Assembly: GCA_021808785.1 (NCBI GenBank)
Contig: JAKBAX010000001.1
Coordinates: 1-63,801 of the forward strand
Length of the DNA: 63,801 nt
Source: Actinomycetes bacterium
GTDB lineage: Bacteria; Actinomycetota; Acidimicrobiia; Acidimicrobiales; Palsa-688
Reading direction: 5' to 3'
Made by a program: the position numbers and the translations under genes. Below the pieces are notes generated by a model. That model searched no databases. It worked only from the letters and a program-made list of their open reading frames with translations, and was not told the DNA's origin. Below are positions 26,383-34,492 of this stretch, one piece after another. Numbering within the stretch: position 1 is the first letter of the stretch; each line of letters opens with the position of its first letter.

Positions 26383-26904
26383 GTGCAGCTCCTCGATCCC
26401 GTGCAGGAACCGCTCGGAGCCGTACGCGCCCTCGCCCCTAGGCTCGACACGCTCAACGGTAAAATGCTGGGCCTCTACAGCAACGAGAAGCTCAACGCCC
26501 GGCGCTTGCTCGAGCTGGTCAGTGAGGACCTGACTAGGGGCTATGCCTTCATCGTCCGCTCGGGCACCTACCATCAGCAGTTCCTGATGGAGCCCACAGA
26601 ATGGGGCGACGTCGACGGCTGTGACGCGGTGATCCTGGCCAACGGCGACTGCGGGGCGTGCAGTTCGTCCGGCATTGCCAACGCGATACAACTCGAGAAT
26701 CGTGGCATTCCGACGATGCTCATCAGCACTCCGCCGTTTGTGGACGCGGTACGGGCCATGGCAGAGGTCAGCGGCATGAGAGGCATCGAGTGGAGCGTCG
26801 TCGAGCATCCGATCGGGAGTGCCGGAGAGCACGAGCTACACGCCAAGGCGTCGATGGCCGCCGAGCATTTCCGCACTTTGGTGCTCCGGTCCGGGGCCGG
26901 TTGA
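26383..26904 (+). CDS. UGSC-family-like protein, Cys form (CxxC motif GDCGACSSSG)
   Basis: 173-aa ORF with GTG at 26383 and GAGG 7 nt upstream. LAPRLDTLNGKMLGLYSNEKLNA...DAVILANGDCGACSSSGIANAIQLENRGIPTMLIST...VVEHPIG resembles the UGSC (seleno)protein family as I remember it. Confidence 0.65.
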   Translation: MQLLDPVQEPLGAVRALAPRLDTLNGKMLGLYSNEKLNARRLLELVSEDLTRGYAFIVRSGTYHQQFLMEPTEWGDVDGCDAVILANGDCGACSSSGIANAIQLENRGIPTMLISTPPFVDAVRAMAEVSGMRGIEWSVVEHPIGSAGEHELHAKASMAAEHFRTLVLRSGAG

Positions 26905-26927
26905 CCCCCGGGCCGGCGCCTCCCGAT

Positions 26928-28031
26928 GTGCGGTACACCGGCGTGTCCTGCCAGTTGGAGGCTACCGACTGGGAGGAGGCCATTGAGATCTACCACCGCA
27001 ACGGGTGGACGGACGGCCTGCCGATAATCCCGCCGACGCCGGCACGGGTGGCTGAATTCGTCGCGGCAGCGGGTGGGCGGCCCTCCGACCCGATCGGCCA
27101 CTACGCGCTCCGGGACCGGCCGGTGACCCTGGAGAAGCTCGCTATCAATTCGGTCATGGCCGGTTGCCTACCGGAGTATCTCCCGGTCGTGGCGGCGATA
27201 GTCGGGTGCATGCTCGAGCCGGGATTCGATGTCCATACCGCCAACTCGTCCACCGGGAGCCTGGCGTTGGGCTTCGTAGTCAACGGCCCGATCCGCCATC
27301 TGCTCGGTATGAACACCCAGGGTGACGTTCTCGGTCCCGGAAACAGGGCCAATGCCTCCATCGCCCGGGCGTTGCGCCTCATCCAGATCAATGTCATGGG
27401 GTCGGTCAGCGGGGCGGGCGCCCCACATTCCCACGATCGTCCCGTCCTGGATCGGTCGACCATGGGCCACCCGGCCAAGTACGTGGCGTACCACGTGGCC
27501 GAGTTCGAGGAGGCCTATCGGGAGCTGACGCCACTGCACGTGATGCTGGGCTTCGACCCGGCCGACAGCGTGGTGTCCGCCTTCGCGGTTGGTAACCACA
27601 TCATGTTGTCCAACCACGCAGAAACCGGTCCTGAGGAGTGGATCGCGTCGGTGGCCCACTACCTTGTCGGCGCCGGTCGTCTGGACCGGGCCGGATTCGG
27701 GGTGCTGCTCGTCCCCCCGGAACCGGCCGGCATGTTCGTCGATGCCGGCTGGTCGAAGCTCGACATCAGCCGAGCCCTTTACGAGTCGACGCGCCGGTCG
27801 GCCGCGTGGGTCAAACAACACGGCTGGAAGGTCGGAGGCCGGTTTGAGCGAGGCGCTCCCGTGGAGTGGGGCGACGCCGAGCAGATGCTGGCCGCGGCGG
27901 GCAGGCCCGAGGATCTGCACGTTGTCGTGTGCGGGGGTCCGGCTGGGAACTTTCTCGTCTACATGCAGACCTATGCATCCTCGCTCGAACTGATCTCCCG
28001 GCGCATCGGGAGACCGGGGAGGACCGCCTGA
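26928..28031 (+). CDS. Hypothetical conserved protein, no family recognised
   Basis: 367 codons from GTG at 26928 (alternative start 26943), within the 457-aa track ORF. GC3 bias is strong. Carries WEEAIEIYHRNGWTDGLPIIPPT and LAINSVMAGCLPEYLPV. Its stop lies 1 nt before the P450 ATG. Confidence 0.7.
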   Translation: MRYTGVSCQLEATDWEEAIEIYHRNGWTDGLPIIPPTPARVAEFVAAAGGRPSDPIGHYALRDRPVTLEKLAINSVMAGCLPEYLPVVAAIVGCMLEPGFDVHTANSSTGSLALGFVVNGPIRHLLGMNTQGDVLGPGNRANASIARALRLIQINVMGSVSGAGAPHSHDRPVLDRSTMGHPAKYVAYHVAEFEEAYRELTPLHVMLGFDPADSVVSAFAVGNHIMLSNHAETGPEEWIASVAHYLVGAGRLDRAGFGVLLVPPEPAGMFVDAGWSKLDISRALYESTRRSAAWVKQHGWKVGGRFERGAPVEWGDAEQMLAAAGRPEDLHVVVCGGPAGNFLVYMQTYASSLELISRRIGRPGRTA

Positions 28032-28032
28032 C

Positions 28033-29217
28033 ATGGACGACCAGATCTCGATAGACCTCAGTCACGCTCAGTTCGGTCGGGCCATCCCCTTCGAAAGCTT
28101 CGCCGAGCTGCGCCGCCGGGCCCCGCTGTTCTGGTACGAGCCCGATCAGTACTGGGTCGTCACCTCTCACGAGCTGCTCGGTGATATCAATCGGAATCCG
28201 ACCGTCTTCTCTAGCTGGGGTGGTCCGGCGGGTGCCGGAAGCGGTTCGGTGCCGGGCGGCCAGCCGCTCGGTGACCGGATGCTCATACAGATGGACCCTC
28301 CGGAGCACACCCGGTATCGGCGCCTGGTGAGCGGCTCCTTCACCCCGCGGGCCGTGAACGCACGAGAAGCCATGGTGCGGGACCTGGCGCGGGAGCTGAT
28401 CGAGCCGTTCGTCGCTCAGGGCGGTGGGGATTGGGTGGCCGAGGTGGCGACGCTCCTGCCCTTCCGCGTCATGGCGGCGCTGCTCGGCATTCCACGCCAG
28501 GATGAGGCCGCCGTGCTGGCCCGGGTACGGGCCCAAGCAATCGGTACCGATCCGGCCCAGGGCGTCGACATGGCGGCCGTGGTGGAGGCCAGCAATGCGT
28601 ACGCCGACCGCCTCGTGGACCAGCACCGTAGCCGTCCCAGCGACGATCTGGTCGACCAGCTGCTCGGGGCCCGGATCGACGGCCGGCCATTGGCTCAGGA
28701 TGAGTTGCGAGCCTGGATCGCCATGTATATCGGTGGGGGAGCCGACACCACGAAGCACCTGATCGCCAACGGCCTGGTGTGCCTGCTGGAGCGGCCGGAT
28801 GCCCTGCGCCAGGTGGTGGACGGGTGCGACATGGCGCGGGCCGTGGAAGAGATGCTGCGGTACGTCTCACCGGTCATGCACCACTCCAGGTGGCCTCTCC
28901 ACGACTTCCCGGTGGGCGAACAGGTCATCCGGGCAGGCCAGCGCACGACCTTGTGGATGATCTCGGCCAACCGGGACGAGGGCGTGTTCGAGAACGCCGA
29001 CCACTTCGACGTGGACCGGCCCCCCAGCCGTCACGACTCGTTGGGTGCCGGCGGACCGCATTTCTGCCTCGGCGCCGGCCTGGCCCGACTGGAAACCAGG
29101 GTGCTCTTCGAAGAAGTGCGGCCCTACCTCGACCGGTTCGAGATGGCGGGACCGGCCATCCGGGGCGCCAACAACTTCTTCAACGTCTTGACCGCATGCC
29201 CCGTGACGGTCAGGTGA
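28033..29217 (+). CDS. Cytochrome P450
   Basis: 394-aa ORF with ATG at 28033. Carries YWVVTSHELLGDINRNPTVFSS and the heme loop LGAGGPHFCLGAGLARLE. Confidence 0.9.
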   Translation: MDDQISIDLSHAQFGRAIPFESFAELRRRAPLFWYEPDQYWVVTSHELLGDINRNPTVFSSWGGPAGAGSGSVPGGQPLGDRMLIQMDPPEHTRYRRLVSGSFTPRAVNAREAMVRDLARELIEPFVAQGGGDWVAEVATLLPFRVMAALLGIPRQDEAAVLARVRAQAIGTDPAQGVDMAAVVEASNAYADRLVDQHRSRPSDDLVDQLLGARIDGRPLAQDELRAWIAMYIGGGADTTKHLIANGLVCLLERPDALRQVVDGCDMARAVEEMLRYVSPVMHHSRWPLHDFPVGEQVIRAGQRTTLWMISANRDEGVFENADHFDVDRPPSRHDSLGAGGPHFCLGAGLARLETRVLFEEVRPYLDRFEMAGPAIRGANNFFNVLTACPVTVR

Positions 29218-30421
29218 GAACGTCCGGGCGCGGGTCGTCCAGCCGGTAGAAGTCCACGGCGTTCCCCGCGATGATCTGCTGGCGTTCGGCGTCCGGGACC
29301 CCGGCGAACATCGTTTCGATCAGGTCCCGCGAGCAAGGCCAGTCGGTGGCGTGGTGGGGGAAATCGGTGGCCCACATGAGGTTGCCCAGGCCGATCTCGT
29401 GCCGGACACGAACTGCGAAGTAATCGTCCTGGATGCCCCACAGGAAATGCTTCTTGACGTAGTAACTGGGCGGGTGGGCCAGTTCGAAGCCCCACCAGTA
29501 GCGGTGACGGTCGTAGTTGGTGTCCGCCTGCTCGGCGTAGAAGGGGACCCACCCGGCCCCGGTCTCGGCGAAGGCCAGCCGTAGAGTCGGGAACCGGTCG
29601 AAGGCCCCAGAGGTGATCAGCTGGCTGACGCAGTAGCCGGTGTCCACTCCCTGGCCGGTGGCCCGGGTCATGAGCTGGTTCAATGACACCGAATGGAACG
29701 GACCGGGAGCGGCCTGCTCGGCCGACCGACCGCCTCCGAACTGTACGTGGACCGAGATCGGGAGCCCGGTGTCCATGCACACCGCCCAGAAGCGGTCGTC
29801 GGCGTCCGGCTCGGGGCGCGGCTCCCCGTTGGGCCACTGGTGGAGGAGAACAGTGCGGATGCCGGGCATTCCGGCGATACGGCTGACCTCGTCGACCGCG
29901 TCGTCGATACTGGTGACCGGGAGCATGGCGCAGCCGAGCAGGCGGCCGTAGTCGACCGCGCAGAACTCGCTGGACAGCCAGTCGTTGTAGCCCCGGCTCA
30001 CGGCCACGTACGCCTCGGCAGGGATCCCGGCCGAGGCCAGCTGGTAGTGATGCATGATGGGCGGGAACAGGATCTCCGCATCGACGCCGTCCTCGTCGAG
30101 CTCGGCCAGGCGCTGGTTCCCGTCCCCGGCGCCGGGTGGTCGGTCGGCGTACGAAGCCGACCTTGGGTGCTCGTGGGTGTACCGGGCTCTACCCCGAAGG
30201 CCTCCGGCCAGGCTGCGGACGATGGACACCGGTTCCGCCGCTCCCCTGTAGAGCCAACCGTCGCCTCCGCCAGGAAGCTTCACGACCTCGGGTACCCAGT
30301 CCCGGAACTCCCGCGCGACATAGGGTCGCCACAGGTCGGGCGAGCATTCGAGGTGGGAGTCGGCCGAGATGTACCGGTACCGGGTCAACTCGTGGTGAGA
30401 GGGAACTTGTGGGGCGGCCAC
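29210..30421 (-). CDS. Amidohydrolase_2 family protein, subgroup B
   Basis: 403-aa ORF. Carries YISADSHLECSPDLW and WATDFPHHATDWP. Overlaps the convergent P450 by 8 nt and the upstream cupin gene by 37 nt. Confidence 0.85.
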   Translation of the reverse strand: MAAPQVPSHHELTRYRYISADSHLECSPDLWRPYVAREFRDWVPEVVKLPGGGDGWLYRGAAEPVSIVRSLAGGLRGRARYTHEHPRSASYADRPPGAGDGNQRLAELDEDGVDAEILFPPIMHHYQLASAGIPAEAYVAVSRGYNDWLSSEFCAVDYGRLLGCAMLPVTSIDDAVDEVSRIAGMPGIRTVLLHQWPNGEPRPEPDADDRFWAVCMDTGLPISVHVQFGGGRSAEQAAPGPFHSVSLNQLMTRATGQGVDTGYCVSQLITSGAFDRFPTLRLAFAETGAGWVPFYAEQADTNYDRHRYWWGFELAHPPSYYVKKHFLWGIQDDYFAVRVRHEIGLGNLMWATDFPHHATDWPCSRDLIETMFAGVPDAERQQIIAGNAVDFYRLDDPRPDVLT

Positions 30422-30852
30422 TTCTCCGGCGGGTCCACATAATCGGTCCGGTAGAAGGTGTGGCCGCGGAAGTCGGCGATCGTCGCACCCTCCGGCCCGG
30501 CCCAGAAGGAATAGGGGGTGCCGGCCGAACGGTACACCCCCTCGCCCGCCCTGAGGACCTTGTTCCCGTGATGTACCTCCCCCTCCAGGACGAACTCGAT
30601 GTAGTCCACGTCGTGGCGGTGGGTCGGGAGGAGGGTGCCGGGCGCGAACCGGAAGATGGTGAGGCTGAGCCCATCGGAGTCCGGATTGGACACCATAACC
30701 TTACGGTCGGCCCGCCCGGCGAAATACTCCATCACTCCCGGTATCCTCCCCCGCCCCGACGAATCCGGATTCGCAGGCGCCGAAGCCTCGTCGGCGGAGC
30801 TCTCCCGGATGTCGAAGAAGATCGATCTCGGCTTGCGTGCTTCAGTAGTCAT
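30385..30852 (-). CDS. Cupin domain protein
   Basis: 155-aa ORF with ATG at 30852 and a GAGGGAGG RBS. LPTHRHDVDYIEFVLEGEVHHGNKVLRAGEG is a cupin metal motif. Confidence 0.75.
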   Translation of the reverse strand: MTTEARKPRSIFFDIRESSADEASAPANPDSSGRGRIPGVMEYFAGRADRKVMVSNPDSDGLSLTIFRFAPGTLLPTHRHDVDYIEFVLEGEVHHGNKVLRAGEGVYRSAGTPYSFWAGPEGATIADFRGHTFYRTDYVDPPEKWPPHKFPLTTS

Positions 30853-30876
30853 CCGGCCTCCCTCGACAAATGCATC

Positions 30877-32592
30877 TCAATCCTTCCTAACCTGGGTGCC
30901 CTTGGCCTGCCGGCCCGAGCGCAGGACCTGGCCCGGAAGGTCCCCGGTGTGGACACCGTTTCGCACGACTGCCCTCCCGCTGACGAAGACACCCTCCACG
31001 CCCACCGCCTCGGCCAGCAGCCGCTTGCTCTCACCCGGGAGGTCATGCGCCGATCGGGTGGGTTGGGCGTCCACCGCCTCAGGGTCGAATGCGACCAGGT
31101 CGGCCACGTATCCGGGCCCGAGCCGGCCGCGATCGTTCAATCCGAAGAGTTGCGCCGGTACGTCGGTCATGAGATGGACGGCCTCCTGGAGGCTAACCAG
31201 GCGCCGTCCCCGTAGGACGTCACCGAGGAAGCGAGTCGGGTAGACGGAGCCGAGCATGCGGTCTAGGTGGGCTCCGGCGTCCGAGCCACCGAGCATGACG
31301 TCCGGCTCGTCCCAGAGTCTTCTGCGGAGTTCCCAGTCCTCGGCGGAGTCAGCGGTGGGCAGCGGCCACAGCACGGTGCGTAGGTCGTCCGCCGCCGCAA
31401 TGTCCACAATCGTGGTGAAGGGGTCTTCGCCCCGCTCGGCTGCGATCTCATTCACCAGACGGTTCCGGTACGGCTCGTTGACCTCGCTGAACACGTCGCC
31501 GATCCGATAGGTGGCGAAGTCGGCGAACCGGGACAGGTTGGCGCCCGCCGCCTGCTCCAGCATCCGGGACCGGACGGCCGGGTCCCTGAGACGCCGTATG
31601 CGTTCGGACACCTCCACGTCGAGGACCTCGCGCCACCCAGGCAGCAGCCACATGGCGCAGAACGTGAGGAAGCTCATGTTCTGGTCGGCGAATATCGGCA
31701 TGGTCAGGGCCACGACGCGCCCCCCTACCTCCCGGGCCCTCCGTGAGGGTCCCAACTGGTGCTCGGCCCGCTCGCCGTCGGCGGCGCCGACGGCGAGGAC
31801 GTTCCAGTTGATGGCCCGGTTGGCCCGCCGGCTCATCTCGGCCAGGAACTCCGACTCTTGGTCGCTGAAACGGCCGATGCAGCCCTCGGTGATCAACTCG
31901 AGCGAGGTCCCGTCGTGGAGAGCCACCACGTCGCACAGAGCGAGGAGCTCCTCCTCGGAGGCCCAGCGGCTGGGAACCGGTGCCCCGTCTCCGTCGACGT
32001 GAGTCGTCGATCGGGACGTGGACAGACCTAGACCCCCCGCCCCAAGGGATTCGTGGAGCAGTCGGGTCAACTGCGACAGCTCTTCTTCCGTGGCCGTCCG
32101 GGCGAAGTCGTCTCCCAGGGCATAGCGCCGGAGAGCGGAGTGCCCGACCATGAACCCGGCGTTGACGGCCAGCCGACCTTCGAAACCGTCGAGGTACTCG
32201 CCGAAGCTCTCCCAGTTCCACGGCACGCCCTGTTCGAGAGCGGCGAGGGGCATCCCCTCGACCTGGGCCATCATGCGCCGGGTGTAGTCGGCGTCGCGTT
32301 CCCGGAGTGGAGCCAGCGTGAACCCGCAATTACCACCGATCACCGTGGTCACCCCGTGCCAGCTCGACGGGGTGGCGAGCGGATCCCAGAACAGCTGGGC
32401 GTCGTAGTGGGTGTGCGGGTCGACAAAACCGGGGCTGATGACCAGCCCGCCCGCCTCGAAGGTCTGGGCGGCCGACTCGTCGACGTGTCCCACGGCGACG
32501 ATACGGCCGGCCTCGACCGCCACGTCGGCCCGAACCGGCTCGGAGCCCGTGCCGTCGACGACCAGCCCGCCTTTGATCACCAGATCCAGCAC
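30877..32592 (-). CDS. N-acyl-D-amino-acid deacylase (D-aminoacylase)-like amidohydrolase
   Basis: 571-aa ORF with GTG at 32592 and an AGGAGG RBS. Carries MLDLVIKGGLVVDGTG and PGFVDPHTHYDAQLFWDP. Confidence 0.9.
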   Translation of the reverse strand: MLDLVIKGGLVVDGTGSEPVRADVAVEAGRIVAVGHVDESAAQTFEAGGLVISPGFVDPHTHYDAQLFWDPLATPSSWHGVTTVIGGNCGFTLAPLRERDADYTRRMMAQVEGMPLAALEQGVPWNWESFGEYLDGFEGRLAVNAGFMVGHSALRRYALGDDFARTATEEELSQLTRLLHESLGAGGLGLSTSRSTTHVDGDGAPVPSRWASEEELLALCDVVALHDGTSLELITEGCIGRFSDQESEFLAEMSRRANRAINWNVLAVGAADGERAEHQLGPSRRAREVGGRVVALTMPIFADQNMSFLTFCAMWLLPGWREVLDVEVSERIRRLRDPAVRSRMLEQAAGANLSRFADFATYRIGDVFSEVNEPYRNRLVNEIAAERGEDPFTTIVDIAAADDLRTVLWPLPTADSAEDWELRRRLWDEPDVMLGGSDAGAHLDRMLGSVYPTRFLGDVLRGRRLVSLQEAVHLMTDVPAQLFGLNDRGRLGPGYVADLVAFDPEAVDAQPTRSAHDLPGESKRLLAEAVGVEGVFVSGRAVVRNGVHTGDLPGQVLRSGRQAKGTQVRKD

Positions 32593-32642
32593 CGGAGCCT
32601 CCTGCTCTCTCCTCGATCACCGATGTTAGGCAGTTACGTCAA

Positions 32643-32661
32643 TGTAGACAACATGTGTACA
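32643..32661. promoter_or_regulatory. Imperfect 19-bp palindrome TGTAGACAACATGTGTACA upstream of the DAA-cupin-amidohydrolase operon
   Basis: 14 of 19 positions are self-complementary. The patch is AT-rich and lies between the IclR stop (32703) and the DAA-like start (32592). Confidence 0.35.
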
Positions 32662-32702
32662 TATACGCACATCGAGCGCGGTAGCGGAGTGGTGAGGCGC
32701 CG

Positions 32703-33644
32703 TCACGCCGGGGTGGGGTGGTACGGGGCGTGGTCGGCGATGACCGCCGTGACCGTCCCGGCGGCGAGCCGCACCGCCTGGCCCAACTCGGCCACAGCCG
32801 TTCCGTCGAGGGTCCTACCGATGTGAACTGACAGGGCGAAGGCCGGGATTCCCCTGGCGTCGAATATGGGTGCCTGAACGGCGTTGACCAGATAGCGGTC
32901 GTTCTTCCTCAGCCGACCGGTCAGATAGGTATCAGGAGAAAGGTTGGCCAGATGGCTCCTCATCAGCACTCGAATCTCCTCGGTGGTCAGCTGATCGGAC
33001 GCTTCCTCGATGATCTCCATCATCCGCTCCCGAGGGTCGGACTGTATGGTCACGACGTAACCCCGCTTGACGCACTCGTCGAGAATCTGATCCAGCTGCC
33101 CGATCCGGTTCGGGTCACCCGGCGGACGGTTGTACCAATCGGAGCGGTCCGCCCGGCTCCTCCAGGCAACGAAGACGGCGCCGTAGGGGGCGACGAACGG
33201 CCCGCGTTGGCCCGATGCGAGGTACCGGCCGCTCAGACCTCCGGGCGCGGTCGATTCCAGGATCACGATCTCGCCGCCCGTCGTGGCATTCAGCACGCAT
33301 TCGCAGTGCAGCCGCAATGAGAGGTCGAGCATCACCGGCCGAGCCAGGTTGACCTCGGGCCGGGCCTCGTCGGCCGCCCGGCCGATCATGATGAGCATCG
33401 GGCCCAGTCCGTAGCGGAGATCCACAGGTGACCGGGTCAACCATCCGGCGTGGTGGAGGCAACTGAGGACGACCTTGGCTGTCGACTTGCGGAGGTTGCA
33501 GCGGCGGGCGACCTCCGAGAGGGTGAAGGTCTGGTTCGGGTTGGACGCCAGGAATTCGACGACGGCCACGGCTCGCGCCGCGCTGTTCGTGTAAGGAGCC
33601 TCCGGTGCTTCCAGCATCGGCCCTGTTCTACCGGGTCGGGACAT
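32703..33644 (-). CDS. IclR family transcriptional regulator
   Basis: 313-aa ORF. The N-terminal wHTH is AVAVVEFLASNPNQTFTLSEVARRCNLRKSTAKVVLSCLHHAGWLTR, followed by a C-terminal effector domain. The start is 33644 or Met10. Confidence 0.9.
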   Translation of the reverse strand: MSRPGRTGPMLEAPEAPYTNSAARAVAVVEFLASNPNQTFTLSEVARRCNLRKSTAKVVLSCLHHAGWLTRSPVDLRYGLGPMLIMIGRAADEARPEVNLARPVMLDLSLRLHCECVLNATTGGEIVILESTAPGGLSGRYLASGQRGPFVAPYGAVFVAWRSRADRSDWYNRPPGDPNRIGQLDQILDECVKRGYVVTIQSDPRERMMEIIEEASDQLTTEEIRVLMRSHLANLSPDTYLTGRLRKNDRYLVNAVQAPIFDARGIPAFALSVHIGRTLDGTAVAELGQAVRLAAGTVTAVIADHAPYHPTPA

Positions 33645-33820
33645 ATATATGCAAGCAATGGGTTCTTATCTGCACCATCCGGGTCGGGCGACTAATCTTG
33701 ACGGGCGGGCCACGTCCCATGCGGAAGAAGGCGAGCGCAAGTGCATCGAATCCACGCCGGCTACGGTCAGTACGGCAACACGGTGGACCAGAGCTTCGAT
33801 CTCTCAGCCGAGCCAAGCGC

Positions 33821-33919
33821 ATGCGCCGGTACTTCGAGGATCACTTCCTCGACAAGGTGTTCGGTCCGTCGCTCGAGTCCATCATGGACGATCTCGGCCT
33901 GGGTCAGGTCCGCACGTGA
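33821..33919 (+). other. Coding-like segment in frame with the MerB-like ORF, closed by TGA at 33917-33919
   Basis: ATG at 33821, then 32 codons with strong G/C third positions (MRRYFEDHFLDKVFGPSLESIMDDLGLGQVRT). It is in the same frame as 33956..34492, from which it is separated only by the TGA and 12 sense codons. Confidence 0.4.
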
Positions 33920-33955
33920 GACGCCCTCCACGAGCTCGAGCGCGGCGTTCAGGTC

Positions 33956-34492
33956 ATGTTCGTGCCCGGCACCGAGAATCTGGTCGAGATGCCCCCGTTC
34001 AGCTACGTGCCGACCCGCCACCGGGTGACCGTGGAGGACGGGAGAGGCTGGTACGCCGGGTGTGCAGGGGAAGCCTGTGCGATCAACGGTCTCTTTCCCG
34101 GGCAGACGGTCACGATCACGTCGCGGTGTCCGGACTGCTGGGAGGCCGTGGTCTTGCGGGCCAAGGACCGAGCATTGGTCGACCTGGAACCGGACACCGC
34201 CTTGATCCACATCGGAATCCACCCTCGCGACTTCAGCAGGGAGTGGAACATCACCTGCGACAACATCAACTTCTTCCGCTCGCAGGACCACGTCGACCTC
34301 TGGGAGGCAGAGTTCCCGGAGAAGAAGGGGATCGTGATCCCGGCCCAGAAGGCGCTCGAGTGGGTCGAGGGCATCTCGCGATCGCGGTACTGGGACTACG
34401 ACAGGGGGCCCGACGTCGCCAGCGGCGAGATGATCGTCGAGAGTTTCGCGGCCTTGGGCGTTGATATCCCGGCTTGGCGACCACAGTGCTGA
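33956..34492 (+). CDS. Alkylmercury lyase (MerB)-like family protein, catalytic-core portion
   Basis: 178-aa ORF. WYAGCAGEACAINGLFPGQTVTITSRCP aligns with MerB [26 protein letters not shown], and ITCDNINFFRSQDHVDLW aligns with FCCHVHFFASVPTAEDW. Both catalytic Cys are kept, and Glu stands in place of the Asp. Confidence 0.65.
   Translation: MFVPGTENLVEMPPFSYVPTRHRVTVEDGRGWYAGCAGEACAINGLFPGQTVTITSRCPDCWEAVVLRAKDRALVDLEPDTALIHIGIHPRDFSREWNITCDNINFFRSQDHVDLWEAEFPEKKGIVIPAQKALEWVEGISRSRYWDYDRGPDVASGEMIVESFAALGVDIPAWRPQC

Noticed and set aside
33631-33688. A 10-bp direct repeat CCGGGTCGGG (33631-33640 and 33679-33688) flanking the AT-rich IclR/MerB-like promoter core.
   Set aside because: The repeat is GC-rich and short, and the first copy lies inside the IclR coding sequence (if the start is at 33644). 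This is plausibly chance in GC-rich DNA.
33917-33919. The in-frame TGA in the MerB-like gene as a selenocysteine codon.
   Set aside because: I cannot see a convincing SECIS-type hairpin immediately downstream (only a short GAGCTC palindrome). The position is not a catalytic Cys of MerB, and no sel genes are in the window. It is kept only as a remote alternative within the finding.
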